Shown here: in pieces, positions 9,196 through 20,080 of the stretch
How the letters are laid out: the number at the start of each line of letters is the position of its first letter
Position numbering within the stretch: position 1 is the stretch's first letter
Source: Sulfolobus acidocaldarius DSM 639
GTDB lineage: Archaea; Thermoproteota; Thermoprotei_A; Sulfolobales; Sulfolobaceae
DNA length: 32,000 bases
Direction: 5' to 3'
NCBI RefSeq assembly: GCF_000012285.1
Contig: NC_007181.1
Coordinates: 1,140,001-1,172,000, forward strand
Position numbers and translations under genes: made by a program
The notes under the pieces: generated by a model
Told to the model about the DNA's origin: nothing
What the model saw: the letters and a program-made list of their open reading frames with translations, nothing else
The model's database searches: none

Positions 9196-10536
9196 ATGCC
9201 TGAAACTTATTGGGGTAAAGCAAGGGAATTTTTATCCAAACATAACCTCGATGTAGGAGATATTATTGAATTAGAAAAGAATGGAATCCAAGTTAAAGGC
9301 ATAATAATGCCTACGTACTCTAACAATGACGATATTATCGTTTTGAAGTTAGACAATGGATACAACATAGGAATTTCAGTAAGTAATATACAAAACGTAA
9401 AATTGATAGAAAAGAAGAGAAAAGAAGAGAAAAGAAGAGAGGGAGCTGTAAGTACAACTAATAGTGAAGTAATGATAATAAGCACAGGAGGTACTATAGT
9501 TAGTAAGATAGAATACGAAACAGGTGCTGTAAGACCTGCACTTACCCCAGATGAGATAATAGAATTTATGCCAGAGATCAAAGAAATAGCGAGAATTGAC
9601 GCAGAAATCTTGTTCTCGATTCTAAGTGAAAATATGAAACCAGAATACTGGATAAAAATTGCTGAAGAAGCTAAGAAAGCCTTGGATAAAGGGAATAAAG
9701 GAGTAGTAATAGCCCACGGTACTGACACAATGGCATATACTTCAGCAGCATTATCATTTAGTTTTAGAAAAATGACCGGACCTATAGTATTAGTAGGATC
9801 GCAGAGAAGTAGTGATAGACCTAGTAGTGATTCCTCAATGAACTTACTAACTTCAATCCTTGTTGCAAAGAATGCTCCGTTTGGAGAGGTAGTAGTAAAT
9901 ATGCATGGTGAAAGCTCTGACACTTACACACTTGTTCATAGAGGGGTAAAAGTTAGAAAAATGCATACCAGTCGAAGAGACGCTTTTCAGTCGATAAATG
10001 ATCTTCCTCTTGCAAAAGTTCATTATATCGACAAGAAAATCGAAATTTTGTCAGATAATTATAGGTCAAAAGAATCAGAAAACACTCTAGATGCTAAATT
10101 TGATAATAGAGTCTTTCTATTGAAATATTATCCTGGTCTTTCCCCTGATATGGTTGAACATCTTATTTCAAGTGGAATAAGGGGGATCATTATTGAGGGA
10201 ACTGGGTTAGGGCATACGTCTTCAGACTTTTATGAAGTGTTTAAAAAGGCCTCAAAGGACGGCGTATTTATAGGTATGACATCACAATGTCTCTTTGGAC
10301 GAGTTAATATGAATGTTTATACAACAGGAAGATTATTACAGGAAGCAGGTGTTGTACCTCTAGAAGACATGCTACCAGAAACTGCATTAGTAAAGCTAAT
10401 GTGGACATTAGCACATGAAAATGACCTAGATAGAATTAAAGAGATAATGTTGACTAATTTGGCAGGAGAGATAAATTATATTCATCACTATGAAATGTTC
10501 CCAAGGTGGTACCATGACAGAATTAGATTACAGTAA
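9196..10536 (+). CDS. gatD: Glutamyl-tRNA(Gln) amidotransferase subunit D
   Basis: 446 aa. An N-terminal small barrel domain is followed by an asparaginase-type domain ([16 protein letters not shown]), immediately followed by gatE. Confidence 0.95.
   Translation: MPETYWGKAREFLSKHNLDVGDIIELEKNGIQVKGIIMPTYSNNDDIIVLKLDNGYNIGISVSNIQNVKLIEKKRKEEKRREGAVSTTNSEVMIISTGGTIVSKIEYETGAVRPALTPDEIIEFMPEIKEIARIDAEILFSILSENMKPEYWIKIAEEAKKALDKGNKGVVIAHGTDTMAYTSAALSFSFRKMTGPIVLVGSQRSSDRPSSDSSMNLLTSILVAKNAPFGEVVVNMHGESSDTYTLVHRGVKVRKMHTSRRDAFQSINDLPLAKVHYIDKKIEILSDNYRSKESENTLDAKFDNRVFLLKYYPGLSPDMVEHLISSGIRGIIIEGTGLGHTSSDFYEVFKKASKDGVFIGMTSQCLFGRVNMNVYTTGRLLQEAGVVPLEDMLPETALVKLMWTLAHENDLDRIKEIMLTNLAGEINYIHHYEMFPRWYHDRIRLQ
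9411..9440 (+). repeat. Perfect 3 x 10-bp tandem repeat (AAAGAAGAGA) inside gatD
   Basis: Read directly at 9411-9420, 9421-9430 and 9431-9440. It encodes the charged linker [11 protein letters not shown] between the two GatD domains. Confidence 0.9.
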
Positions 10537-12418
10537 GCTAGGGCTTAAAGTAGGTCTAGAAATACATCAGCAATTAAATACTAATAAAAAACTCTTTTGT
10601 GATTGTAGCACTACATTAGATGAAAAGCACCATGGAACTTTACAAAGATATCTAAGACCTTCATTTAGTGAGATAGGAGAAATAGATACTGCAGCCTTAT
10701 TTGAGTGGCAAAAAGGTAAAAAATACTTATACCAGATACCATTCAACTCTTGTCTAGTGGAAGCTGACGAAGAGCCCCCTCATGGTTTGAATAGAGAAGC
10801 GTTAGCTGTAGTGTTAGCAGTTGCAATGTCTCTTGAAAGTAACATAGTAGATGAAATATACGTAATGAGAAAAATTGTTATAGACGGATCAGACACTACT
10901 GGATTTCAAAGAACTTCAATAGTAGCCATGGGTGGTCAAGTAATAGTAGAAGGGAAGAAGATAGGAATTCAAACTATTGCACTGGAAGAAGATGCTGCAA
11001 GAAAAATATCCGAGAGTGCTAACGAGACCATGTATAGCCTCGATAGGCTTGGTATTCCGCTTATAGAAATTTCCACAGCTCCTGATATAACGACTCCCGA
11101 AGAGGCGGAAAAGGTAGCTTTTAGAATTGGACAGTTATTGAGACTAACAGGTAAGGTTAAAAGAGGAATAGGGACAATAAGGCAAGACTTAAATGTTTCA
11201 ATACAAGGAGGCGTGAAAACTGAAATAAAAGGAGTACAAAGACTTGAATTGATACCTGAAATAATTAAAAATGAAGCAAGAAGACAATATGAGTTACTTA
11301 AGATTAAAGATGAATTAGTAAATAAAAGAGGTTTATCTAAGACAATAGTTGAAAACGAGATAAAAGAATTGGAGCTTACACATTTGTTTAGAAACACTAA
11401 TAGCAAAATAATTAAGAAAGAACTGGAAAAAGGCGGATTAATTTACGGAATTAAATTCAAGGGATTCAAGGGAATATTTGGAAGGGAGTTGATGCCAAAC
11501 AGAAGGTTCGGAACTGAAATAGCAGATTACGTGAGAGCATTAGCAGAACTTGGCGGAATATTTCACTCTGATGAATTACCAAATTATGGAATAACAAGCG
11601 AAGAAGTAGAGAGCGTTAAAAAAGAACTAGGCATAGGAGAGAATGACGGATTTGTATTAGTAATAGGAGATAAAGAAAAACTAAAGGTAGCTATAACAAA
11701 AATTAAGGAAAGAGTTTTATATGCTTTCGTTGGTGTACCAAAAGAGACTAGGGTTGCCCTAGATGACGGAACAACTAAATTTATGAGACCTCAGCCAGGC
11801 TCGGCAAGAATGTATCCAGAAACTGACATCATTCCAATTAAAATAGATGAAAGTATCTTGAATTTTGCAAAGAGTTTTGTGCCAGAAAACCCTGAGACTA
11901 AATTAAGAAAGCTAATAGAAATGGGACTAAGTAAAGAACTTGCAACAGAAATACTAAATAGTCCTAGACTTGATCTTTTTGAGGAGCTTAGCAAAAAATA
12001 TTCTCCCAAAGTGAGTCCTATCGTAATTGCCACGACATTAGAAAATTATATAAAATATGCCAAAAGTAAAGGTGGAGATATAAGTGTAATAACAGATGAA
12101 GTGATAGAGGAAATAATTAATGCATTATATAATGATAAAATAAGCAAAGATTCTATCCAAGAAATTTTAGTAGATTACTCTACTTCTAAGAAGCCAATAA
12201 GAAACATTGTAGATAATTATGCCAAAATAACAGATGAAGAATTGAACAGAATCATTGATAAAATATTAGATGAAAATAAAGACATTATAAACCAAAAAGG
12301 TGAAAAGGCATTTAATGTAATAATAGGTAAAGTAATGAATGTAGTTAAAGGTAGAGCCGAAGGTAAAAAAGTCGTTGATACATTAAAACTAAAGATGAAG
12401 AATTACCCCCGAACCTGA
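10514..12418 (+). CDS. gatE: Glutamyl-tRNA(Gln) amidotransferase subunit E
   Basis: The N-terminus [21 protein letters not shown].. is GatB/E-type, and a C-terminal YqeY-like tail is present. I prefer the ATG at 10514 (23-nt overlap with gatD) over the track start at 10490. Confidence 0.95.
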   Translation: MTELDYSKLGLKVGLEIHQQLNTNKKLFCDCSTTLDEKHHGTLQRYLRPSFSEIGEIDTAALFEWQKGKKYLYQIPFNSCLVEADEEPPHGLNREALAVVLAVAMSLESNIVDEIYVMRKIVIDGSDTTGFQRTSIVAMGGQVIVEGKKIGIQTIALEEDAARKISESANETMYSLDRLGIPLIEISTAPDITTPEEAEKVAFRIGQLLRLTGKVKRGIGTIRQDLNVSIQGGVKTEIKGVQRLELIPEIIKNEARRQYELLKIKDELVNKRGLSKTIVENEIKELELTHLFRNTNSKIIKKELEKGGLIYGIKFKGFKGIFGRELMPNRRFGTEIADYVRALAELGGIFHSDELPNYGITSEEVESVKKELGIGENDGFVLVIGDKEKLKVAITKIKERVLYAFVGVPKETRVALDDGTTKFMRPQPGSARMYPETDIIPIKIDESILNFAKSFVPENPETKLRKLIEMGLSKELATEILNSPRLDLFEELSKKYSPKVSPIVIATTLENYIKYAKSKGGDISVITDEVIEEIINALYNDKISKDSIQEILVDYSTSKKPIRNIVDNYAKITDEELNRIIDKILDENKDIINQKGEKAFNVIIGKVMNVVKGRAEGKKVVDTLKLKMKNYPRT

Positions 12419-12421
12419 AAA

Positions 12422-12474
12422 GTGATGAAAAGGCATTTGTCAGATTATTTAGTGATGAGCTTGACCGCATATGA
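12422..12474 (+). ncRNA. Candidate C/D box sRNA (2'-O-methylation guide)
   Basis: GUGAUGA(12422-28) - 12 nt - CAGA(12441-44) - 7 nt - GUGAUGA(12452-58) - 12 nt - AUGA(12471-74). This is the canonical C / guide / D' / C' / guide / D layout with exact 12-nt spacers. Both D-type boxes keep the GA core but deviate from CUGA. Confidence 0.55.
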
Positions 12475-13529
12475 AAATTGATGATTTAATAAAGGTAGCC
12501 TCTGATTTTCCCTTCCCTGTTATAGGGGAAATTGAGTTAGATGACGAGATATTAGATTTAGAGCAGTCACCCCAATTAATTTCTTATCTTTCTCCATCAA
12601 ATATTACATGGAAATATAATGCAGAAATTATAGGGAAGGACGGAAGCGTAATAAAAACTAATGGAAATGAGTTAGATGACAAGAAATTTCTAATTAGAAC
12701 ACCAATACAAAAACGTCAACTAGGTTGGGATTTTATTTTAGATACTAAAAGTATTCAAAAATTATTACTGGATCTTATACCTTGCGAAGAGGGTGAAGGA
12801 TATTTAAATCCCTCTCCATGGACTAGAAAGGATTGGATTGAAAACAAGAAAATTATAATGGCACCGGGGGAAGTTACAACAACACCTCAGTTTAGAGATC
12901 ATGAATTAATTAAAGAAGAAAGTGGAACCATTAAGTTAGATAGCAACTTTTACAATCCTAAATATTATTATCTAAATCCATTTATCATATCAAGTAGTTC
13001 TTCTGTTGAGGGAAAGTCAAACTTCTTCTCGTTAGAACTGGACAACTGTATCTCTTTCGTTAGCGGAAGTAAGTTAACTATCAGTAACAATATGGGTTCA
13101 ATAACTGTAAACGCCGATAGTCAGGTTATTATAACGAGAAGTAGAACTTGGAAAGAGAGTAAACCATATGAGATAGTTTGGAACCTTAGAACACCTATAA
13201 TAAAACTCAATTGTAAACCGAAATATAGAGTAAGCCTTTACAGTATATATCCTTCAGGAATCATACCATTTTGGATTAATTACGACAAAGGTGAGTTAAA
13301 ATTAGGACTCGTTAACCTAAACAAAGAGCCCATTTTATCAGATTTTAGTCTAGCAGGCAGAATAACTAAAGCTCTAATATTAGATTCTCATGGCAAAGTT
13401 ACTGATGAATTAGAACCTGAATTTGATAGAGTAAAAATACCAATAAGAAGTTTAGGGATAACATTTGTAAAATTAGAAGTAAAAAAACTATTAGATCCTC
13501 TTTTGAGACGGAAAATTATAACCATCTAA
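12471..13529 (+). CDS. Hypothetical protein, beta-rich, no recognisable family
   Basis: 352-aa ORF with no in-frame alternative Met for ~130 codons and no signal peptide or TM segment. The coding-like composition is sustained over 1 kb. Confidence 0.6.
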   Translation: MKIDDLIKVASDFPFPVIGEIELDDEILDLEQSPQLISYLSPSNITWKYNAEIIGKDGSVIKTNGNELDDKKFLIRTPIQKRQLGWDFILDTKSIQKLLLDLIPCEEGEGYLNPSPWTRKDWIENKKIIMAPGEVTTTPQFRDHELIKEESGTIKLDSNFYNPKYYYLNPFIISSSSSVEGKSNFFSLELDNCISFVSGSKLTISNNMGSITVNADSQVIITRSRTWKESKPYEIVWNLRTPIIKLNCKPKYRVSLYSIYPSGIIPFWINYDKGELKLGLVNLNKEPILSDFSLAGRITKALILDSHGKVTDELEPEFDRVKIPIRSLGITFVKLEVKKLLDPLLRRKIITI

Positions 13530-13901
13530 GAAGTCCTCAACCATACAATGGGTTAAACTATATCCATTTTTCATAAGCACCTTTTTGCCTTCAGTACAAA
13601 GAATACAGTAATACGAGGCAACACCCTCACTCTTTCCATCCTTAACCAACCTATTTACAAAAATATTTATCAAATCCATAAATTCCCTGTCATTTTTTAA
13701 CAGTTGTTGAATACTAGTACCTCTTTTTTTCTTGATATAATTTTCTATAGCAGCAGGCGTAACTCCTAACAATTCTGATGTTTTATATATAGATATCTTC
13801 CTCTCAACTACAAGCTTCTCAGCAATAATAGCCCTTATTGCAGGCAATAACTCCTTTACCGAATACTCGCAAGGTAATGTAATATCCATAATTATCTCCA
13901 C
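13491..13901 (-). CDS. Small HTH DNA-binding protein with a C-terminal Cys/His cluster (putative regulator)
   Basis: 136 aa (GTG at 13901; ATG at 13889 gives 132 aa). The HTH is ISIYKTSELLGVTPAAIENYIKKKRG, and the Cys/His set is C11, C99-x2-C102 and H118-C119. On the minus strand, TATA TTTATATA is centred ~28 nt upstream of 13901. Confidence 0.65.
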   Translation of the reverse strand: MEIIMDITLPCEYSVKELLPAIRAIIAEKLVVERKISIYKTSELLGVTPAAIENYIKKKRGTSIQQLLKNDREFMDLINIFVNRLVKDGKSEGVASYYCILCTEGKKVLMKNGYSLTHCMVEDFLDGYNFPSQKRI

Positions 13902-13947
13902 TATATGTTTAGGATACGCAAAAAATATATAAATACTTAGCTATAAA

Positions 13948-16461
13948 TTAGAGTTCGCAAGTTTTACAACCGCCAGCATAAGTCTCATTAACTTCCACAA
14001 ATTTCTTCTCCATTCTTAATGAGGATGTTGGAACCATTTGAATTTTCTTCTGTTGCTTTTGTTGCTCTGCTTCTTCTCTTTCCTTCTTTATTCCAAAGTA
14101 GATTACTTGTTGTGACTTGCTCCTGTCTCTATAAACTGTTACTCCTTTAATCCCAAGTTTCCAGGCTAGCATGTAAACTTTCTCTACAGTTTCTGGTGGT
14201 TCTTCACTCTTCAAGTTTATGGTCTTTGAGGTACCAGAGTCGTTCCATTGCTGCCACATTGCCTGATGTAATACATGGTATTCAGGTGGAACTTCATGAG
14301 CTGTCCTAAATAGTTTCTTCATTGTCCTTGGTATAAATGGGTTTTCTGCTACTGTTCCAGTTTCCGCAATCTTTTGTACAACCTCAGGATCATCTAGTTC
14401 ATATTTTCTAAGATATTCAAGGAAAAGCGGATCTATCTCAATAAATTTGCCAACTGCAACATTTCTAACAAAGGCTAATGCGAAAAGGGGCTCTATAGAC
14501 GATGATGTACCAGCTATAATTGAAATCGTACCAGTAGGAGCAACTGAAACCACAGTGGAATTCCTTAGACCAAACTTAATCCTCTCCTCCTTCAATAACG
14601 AAAAATCTAGCCTATCCACGACTTCCGTTAACTTCTTTACATAATCACTAGGTTTATCTTTAATGTTAGAAACCTCTAACAAACTTCCGAAATCTCTAGC
14701 ACTCTCCCAAATATCATGATAGTAATATGGGTCATAAGCTGGGAATGAACCCTTCTCCTTAGCTAAATCTATTGAAGTTTTCAATGCGTGATAATAAATA
14801 AACTTAGCCAACTGGTAAGAGATGTATAAGGCATCAACACTATCATAAGGTATACCAAGCTTAATCAACATCCTAGCTAATCCCATGACGCCTAAACCAA
14901 CCTTCCTAGTCTTCTTTGTAGCTTCCTCTATTTGTTTTAATGGATAACGATTAGCATCAATAACATTATCAAGGAAACGAACACCATACTTTATAGCCTC
15001 AACCAGCCCATCCCAATCAATACTCATTTTTCCATCTTTTTCAACAACAAACTTCTCAAGACTAATGGACCCTAAATTACAACTCTCCCAGGGTAGTAGT
15101 GGTTCCTCGCCACAAGGATTTGTGGCATTTATCTTTCCTATATACCAAACTGGGTGCCTCCTATTTATCTCATCTATAAACAGTAAACCAGGATCTCCAC
15201 TATCCCATGCTCCCTTAACTATTTCATCAAACAACTGCCTGGCATTTACCCACTGAACAATAGCATTCTCCTTTTCTGCTATAACTAGAGCTTCATCCAC
15301 TGTAATTATCCTACTCTCGTCTAGATAAACTGAACCGCCCTTCTCCTCTAACTCCTTAAGTATGTATTCCTGCACACTCTCATCGTGCATATAACCCCTT
15401 GCATTTGTCATATAATAATCCCAATCTTTGCCGGGTATTCTAGTCTTCCTTGGATTAATTAATGGTACAGCCTCTCCTCTCTCAACTGCATTCATGAAGT
15501 AGTCATAAACACCAACCGATATGTTGAAATTCTGCAAATGTGTGTCTCTTAATTCTCCAGTTTTAGCTCTAATGAAATCCTGCACATCAGCGTGCCAAGC
15601 ATGCATAACACCCATATTTGCACCCCTCCTCTTACCTCCTTGCTTAACCACGTCTGTGGAAACATCAAATATCCTCATAAAGGATACAGGACCAGAAGCA
15701 ACACCTGCTGTGGAAGCTACAATATCTCCCTTTGGTCTTAGCTCAGAGAAGTCAAAGCCTGTCCCACCACCCTGTTGATGAACCAAAGCCATAGCCCTTA
15801 AGGCATCATATATACCATCACCATTTGGAGTAGACATTGCGTCCCTAACAGGTATTACGAAACAGGCTGATAGAATACCTAGTCTAGTACCACTATTCAT
15901 TAATGCTGGAGTATTAGGTATGAATTTCAGGTTACTCATCATCTCATATAATTTATCCTCAATCTCCTTAACCTGTTTTTCATCCTTACCATAAAGCTTT
16001 TCTACATTAGCTATATGCCTAGCAACCCTCCTAAACATCATTTGAGGTGTCTCAATATAACGTAAAGTGTTTGGATCCTTGAGTAAATATCTAGCCTCAA
16101 GCACCTTTAGTGCATTATATGAGATTAGAAGATCGCGTGAATCAAACTCCTTCCACTTACCTTTACCATACACATGATTATATATCCTAGCTAAGACATA
16201 CCGCTTAGCTAAATCCATTAGATTCGGATACTCAAGAGAATGCTCAATTAGATTTCTTTCTACAATATCAGCTAAAGCTCTAGTATCAATTGCGTTTTCC
16301 TTAGAATTTTGTAGAACATCTTGGAGAATTCCATCCATAACAACTTCTGGTAGTGAACCTAATTTAGAGAACACTTTTTCAGCTTTAAATTGCTCATAAC
16401 CACCATTACGCTTCAATACTTTAATTTTAGCTACTGAAGTTACTATAGTTAGTCTCTGCAT
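13948..16461 (-). CDS. nrdJ: Adenosylcobalamin-dependent ribonucleoside-diphosphate reductase (class II)
   Basis: 837 aa. It has an N-terminal ATP-cone-like segment, the thiyl-radical loop [14 protein letters not shown], and a C-terminal redox tail GGCKTCEL. No intein-sized insertion is evident. Confidence 0.95.
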   Translation of the reverse strand: MQRLTIVTSVAKIKVLKRNGGYEQFKAEKVFSKLGSLPEVVMDGILQDVLQNSKENAIDTRALADIVERNLIEHSLEYPNLMDLAKRYVLARIYNHVYGKGKWKEFDSRDLLISYNALKVLEARYLLKDPNTLRYIETPQMMFRRVARHIANVEKLYGKDEKQVKEIEDKLYEMMSNLKFIPNTPALMNSGTRLGILSACFVIPVRDAMSTPNGDGIYDALRAMALVHQQGGGTGFDFSELRPKGDIVASTAGVASGPVSFMRIFDVSTDVVKQGGKRRGANMGVMHAWHADVQDFIRAKTGELRDTHLQNFNISVGVYDYFMNAVERGEAVPLINPRKTRIPGKDWDYYMTNARGYMHDESVQEYILKELEEKGGSVYLDESRIITVDEALVIAEKENAIVQWVNARQLFDEIVKGAWDSGDPGLLFIDEINRRHPVWYIGKINATNPCGEEPLLPWESCNLGSISLEKFVVEKDGKMSIDWDGLVEAIKYGVRFLDNVIDANRYPLKQIEEATKKTRKVGLGVMGLARMLIKLGIPYDSVDALYISYQLAKFIYYHALKTSIDLAKEKGSFPAYDPYYYHDIWESARDFGSLLEVSNIKDKPSDYVKKLTEVVDRLDFSLLKEERIKFGLRNSTVVSVAPTGTISIIAGTSSSIEPLFALAFVRNVAVGKFIEIDPLFLEYLRKYELDDPEVVQKIAETGTVAENPFIPRTMKKLFRTAHEVPPEYHVLHQAMWQQWNDSGTSKTINLKSEEPPETVEKVYMLAWKLGIKGVTVYRDRSKSQQVIYFGIKKEREEAEQQKQQKKIQMVPTSSLRMEKKFVEVNETYAGGCKTCEL

Positions 16462-16622
16462 TTATTATCATTATTTACTTAGCTTAAACCCATATTTTTG
16501 GTTATGTATCTTGAATTCTGGTAACACCAAAGAATAGGCAAAACTGTTAGCGTGAATTATGAAATACTATTTAAAATATACTTATATTTTTAAGGGAGTA
16601 AAATATTAGCGAGGAAAATATA

Positions 16623-17369
16623 GTGATCATCAAATTTTTCAAAAGAGATAATGATGATAGGACAGTAAGCGTTTCAGACGACTATGGAGAATGGTTAATT
16701 ATAAGAAGAGATAAGCAAATGATAACCGTGAAAAAAATTATAGATAAAACATTGAAAAAATTAAAGATTAAAAATGGAAATATAGGTTTTATTGAAGCAT
16801 CTAAAGACGAAAATTTCAAAGACCTAGTGTCCTTTAAGGCTATGATATCATTTCAGGAACAAATAAAAGATGTAGACTTCTTTAAAACATTTAAGGAAAT
16901 AGCAGCAGACAGATTAACTTTAGGTGAAATGAGAGTAAGTAAATTAAGATTATGCAGTACAACATTTCTATTTCTAAATCTAAGTACTATAATTAGAGAG
17001 ACTGATAATGAAGAAAATAATGTAAAACTACTCTTCCCGCCCAAAGGTGTTTATTCAGCTGAAATACCTTATGCATTAGTTGACCTATTCTCTAAAATAA
17101 TCGAAAGAAATGCGATCTCCTCTTGTAATCCATCATCAGTAACAGTAAACGGTGAAACTTTTGAAAGCGTATTCCTATGTAAGGGGGTAAAAGGAAGACT
17201 AGACGAAATAAAGGATGCTTTTACATATTTTTCTTATGAGGAACCAATCATTAATCTTAAGAATTCTGGAAATAGAATTGAATTAAATGTCACGATTAAG
17301 AAGTTTAAAAGTAAATACCTCATCCCCCTGCTATGGAACAATATAGTAATATCTCATATTACATGCTGA
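16623..17369 (+). CDS. Hypothetical protein
   Basis: 248-aa ORF with a GTG start and no recognisable motif. It is divergent from nrdJ across a 161-bp spacer and lies upstream of pgk. Confidence 0.5.
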   Translation: MIIKFFKRDNDDRTVSVSDDYGEWLIIRRDKQMITVKKIIDKTLKKLKIKNGNIGFIEASKDENFKDLVSFKAMISFQEQIKDVDFFKTFKEIAADRLTLGEMRVSKLRLCSTTFLFLNLSTIIRETDNEENNVKLLFPPKGVYSAEIPYALVDLFSKIIERNAISSCNPSSVTVNGETFESVFLCKGVKGRLDEIKDAFTYFSYEEPIINLKNSGNRIELNVTIKKFKSKYLIPLLWNNIVISHITC

Positions 17370-17410
17370 TAAAAGTTATTAATACATAAACAAGATTAAA
17401 TACGAATAGT

Positions 17411-18658
17411 ATGATTAAAGTTTCAGATCTTGTTATTCCTACTATAAATGACTTAGAATTACAGAACAAGAAGGTACTGCTAAGAATTGATGTTAATTCG
17501 CCTGTGGATAAAAATACAGGAAAACTCTTAGATGATTCTAGAATAAAAGCTCATTCAATAACTATAAAAGAACTACTAAAGAAAGGAAATTCGATTGTTT
17601 TAATTTCACATCAAGGAAGACCTGGAGATGATGATTTTATATCACTGAAAGAACACTCTCTGTTACTATCAAAATATGTAGGGACAGAAATAGAGTTTGT
17701 AGAGGATATAATAGGTCCATATGCAGTAGAAAAGATTAAAAAACTAGATAATAAAGGGGTTATAATGCTAGAAAATATACGATTAATGTCTGAAGAACTA
17801 ATAGAAGCACCACCTCAACAACACGCAAAAAGTTTTCTAATAAAGAAACTATCTCCTCTCTTCGATGCTTATGTAAACGATTCTTTTTCTGCAGCTCATA
17901 GAAGTCAACCTAGTTTAGTGGGTTTTCCACTCGTTCTCCCTTCTGCAGCAGGTATAGTGATGGAAAAAGAAGTTTCTGCATTGTCAAAGATATTCAACTA
18001 TGAGGACTCTCCTAAAATATTCGTGTTGGGAGGAGGAAAGGTAAACGATACATTAAAAATTATAGAAAATCTGATCAAAAACAGAGTAGCTGATAGAATA
18101 TTAACAGGAGGTCTAGTAGCAGAGCTTTTCGCTGTAGCTAAAGGTATAAATCTTGGAAAGAAAAACATGCAAGTACTAGAGAATAAAGGATTATTAAGCC
18201 TAGTACCAAGAGCTAGAAAAATGTTACTTAGCGGAGCTCCCATAGAAATTCCAGTGGATTTCGTTACTGAACAGGAAAATAGCCAAACTTTGGAAGAGCC
18301 AACAAGTAATCTGAAGGGAACCATCAAAGATATAGGAAACACGACTATAGAGATGTATTCCTCATTCATCAAAGAATCTAAAGTAGTAGTTCTGAGAGGA
18401 CCAATGGGCGTAATTGAAGATGAGAGATTTAGGCGTGGTTCTAAAGCCTTATTAACTTCCGCAGTAGAAGGACCAGGTTATGTAATCATAGGCGGAGGAC
18501 ATATGATTAGTATGATCGATAAGAACATCCAAATTAATGAAAATAAAGTGCACGTTTCTACAGGTGGAGGTGCATTACTTTTATTCTTAGCCGGAGAGAA
18601 ATTACCAGTACTAGAGTCATTACACCTTTCGTGGGTGGTGAGAAGTGGTAAAAGTTAA
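17411..18658 (+). CDS. pgk: Phosphoglycerate kinase
   Basis: 415 aa. Motifs are [21 protein letters not shown] and STGGGA. Confidence 0.95.
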   Translation: MIKVSDLVIPTINDLELQNKKVLLRIDVNSPVDKNTGKLLDDSRIKAHSITIKELLKKGNSIVLISHQGRPGDDDFISLKEHSLLLSKYVGTEIEFVEDIIGPYAVEKIKKLDNKGVIMLENIRLMSEELIEAPPQQHAKSFLIKKLSPLFDAYVNDSFSAAHRSQPSLVGFPLVLPSAAGIVMEKEVSALSKIFNYEDSPKIFVLGGGKVNDTLKIIENLIKNRVADRILTGGLVAELFAVAKGINLGKKNMQVLENKGLLSLVPRARKMLLSGAPIEIPVDFVTEQENSQTLEEPTSNLKGTIKDIGNTTIEMYSSFIKESKVVVLRGPMGVIEDERFRRGSKALLTSAVEGPGYVIIGGGHMISMIDKNIQINENKVHVSTGGGALLLFLAGEKLPVLESLHLSWVVRSGKS

Positions 18659-19676
18659 AGTTGCAATAAATGGTTATGGAACAATAGGAAAGCGAGTTGC
18701 AGATGCCATAAGATTACAGCCAGATATGGAATTGATTGGCGTTGCAAAAACATCTCCAAACTATGAAGCATTTACGGCAATGAGAAAGGGATATAAACTT
18801 TATACAACTAAAGAGAATATCCAGAAATTCCAGAATAGCGGAATTAATGTAGCAGGAAGCATTGAAGATATGATTAAGGATTCAGATATAATAATTGATG
18901 CAACGCCTGGAGGAGTAGGAGCTAATTATAAGAAAATATATCAAGAATATGGAAAGAAAGCAATATTCCAGGGAGGAGAAAAATCAGATGTAGCTGATGT
19001 CTCATTTTCCGCCTTATGCAACTATAATGATGCCATAAATAAAAATTACATTAGAGTTGTGTCTTGTAATACGACAGGAATTTTAAGAGTACTTTGTACT
19101 ATAAATAATTTTGATAAAATAGAAAAAGTAAGAGGAACAATCGTTAGAAGAGCAGCAGATCCCAAAGAAGTAAAAAAGGGACCTATAAATTCTATTGTAG
19201 CTGATCCAGCAAGAATACCTAGTCATCATGCAAAAGACGTTCTAACAGTACTTAAGGGGATAGACATAATAACTAGTGCCCTGGTTGCTCCCACTACCTT
19301 AATGCATCTACATACTCTATTCATCACAACAAGGAATAAAGTTTCCAAAGAGGATTTACTGAATATCTTATCTAATACCCCAAGAATCTTGCTCCTTAAC
19401 ACCGAGAAAGCAGATGCAGAATCCACGGCTGAGATAATGGAAATAGCGAGAGATCTTGGTAGATATAGAAACGATGTGCCTGAGACTGTAATATTTGAAG
19501 ATTCTATATACACGAACGGAAACGAAATCTTCCTAATGTATGGAGTGCATCAAGAGTCTATAGTAGTCCCTGAAAATATTGACGCAATAAGGGCATCATT
19601 AAATATTATGAGCCGTGATGAGTCAATAAGACTTACAAATGAAACCTTAAAAATAGGTAAAGGGTATCTAATATGA
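18645..19676 (+). CDS. gap: Glyceraldehyde-3-phosphate dehydrogenase, archaeal phosphorylating type
   Basis: 343 aa with a GTG start that overlaps pgk by 14 nt. It has [14 protein letters not shown] and the active-site motif VSCNTTG. This is the archaeal pgk-gap operon arrangement. Confidence 0.95.
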   Translation: MVKVKVAINGYGTIGKRVADAIRLQPDMELIGVAKTSPNYEAFTAMRKGYKLYTTKENIQKFQNSGINVAGSIEDMIKDSDIIIDATPGGVGANYKKIYQEYGKKAIFQGGEKSDVADVSFSALCNYNDAINKNYIRVVSCNTTGILRVLCTINNFDKIEKVRGTIVRRAADPKEVKKGPINSIVADPARIPSHHAKDVLTVLKGIDIITSALVAPTTLMHLHTLFITTRNKVSKEDLLNILSNTPRILLLNTEKADAESTAEIMEIARDLGRYRNDVPETVIFEDSIYTNGNEIFLMYGVHQESIVVPENIDAIRASLNIMSRDESIRLTNETLKIGKGYLI

Positions 19677-20080
19677 CCGAGCCCACCTATATAGTAAGTT
19701 TTTGGTTAAGAAGAATATTGGTGCCTATTGACGGTTCTGAAAATAGTCTAAGAGCTTTGGACCTTGCTGTAGACTTCGCGATGAGGTATGGTTCGAAAGT
19801 AACTGTATTACACGTATGTGAAAACTGCAATGATAAAGAAGTAGAAGAGCATGTAAAAAAGAGAGTTAACGGAAGAATAGTATATGACTTTAAAGTACTG
19901 AAATATTCCAGCAAAGAAAGTAGCGTGTCAAATGAAATTCTAAAACATATAAACGAATCGACTTATGATGCAGTAATCATGGGTGCCAGAGGACTCTCAA
20001 TTAGCAGTGAATTAAATGTTGGTTCAGTAGCAGTTTCAGTTGCCTTAAATGCTCCAACAACAGTTATTTTGGTTAGATAA
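19673..20080 (+). CDS. Universal stress protein (UspA family)
   Basis: 135 aa with [27 protein letters not shown] and GSVAVSV...APTTVILV. The start overlaps the gap stop (ATGA). Confidence 0.85.
   Translation: MTEPTYIVSFWLRRILVPIDGSENSLRALDLAVDFAMRYGSKVTVLHVCENCNDKEVEEHVKKRVNGRIVYDFKVLKYSSKESSVSNEILKHINESTYDAVIMGARGLSISSELNVGSVAVSVALNAPTTVILVR

Noticed and set aside
9207-9923. 238-aa minus-strand ORF.
   Set aside because: It is entirely antisense to gatD, which has unmistakable asparaginase motifs. Its product is low-complexity Ser/Leu/Ile/Phe, as expected when purine-rich GAA/AAG codons are read backwards. The same reasoning applies to the other antisense ORFs in the track: 26-286, 1099-1482, 1853-2128, 2462-2674, 4905-5108, 5335-5580, 8291-8482, 10969-11406, 11791-12033, 14447-14644, 15065-15256, 15521-15778, 16853-17044, 17998-18372, 19226-19513, 19687-19914, 20095-20280, 21863-22135, 22623-22844, 24604-24969, 28444-28665, 28502-28849 and 28970-29206.
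16462-16622. Possible cobalamin-responsive or other structured leader upstream of nrdJ.
   Set aside because: The TATA-like AAAAATAT lies ~30 nt from the ATG, leaving essentially no 5' UTR. I could only find a weak 6-bp inverted repeat (TTTGGT/ACCAAA), and no riboswitch-like conserved core is visible.
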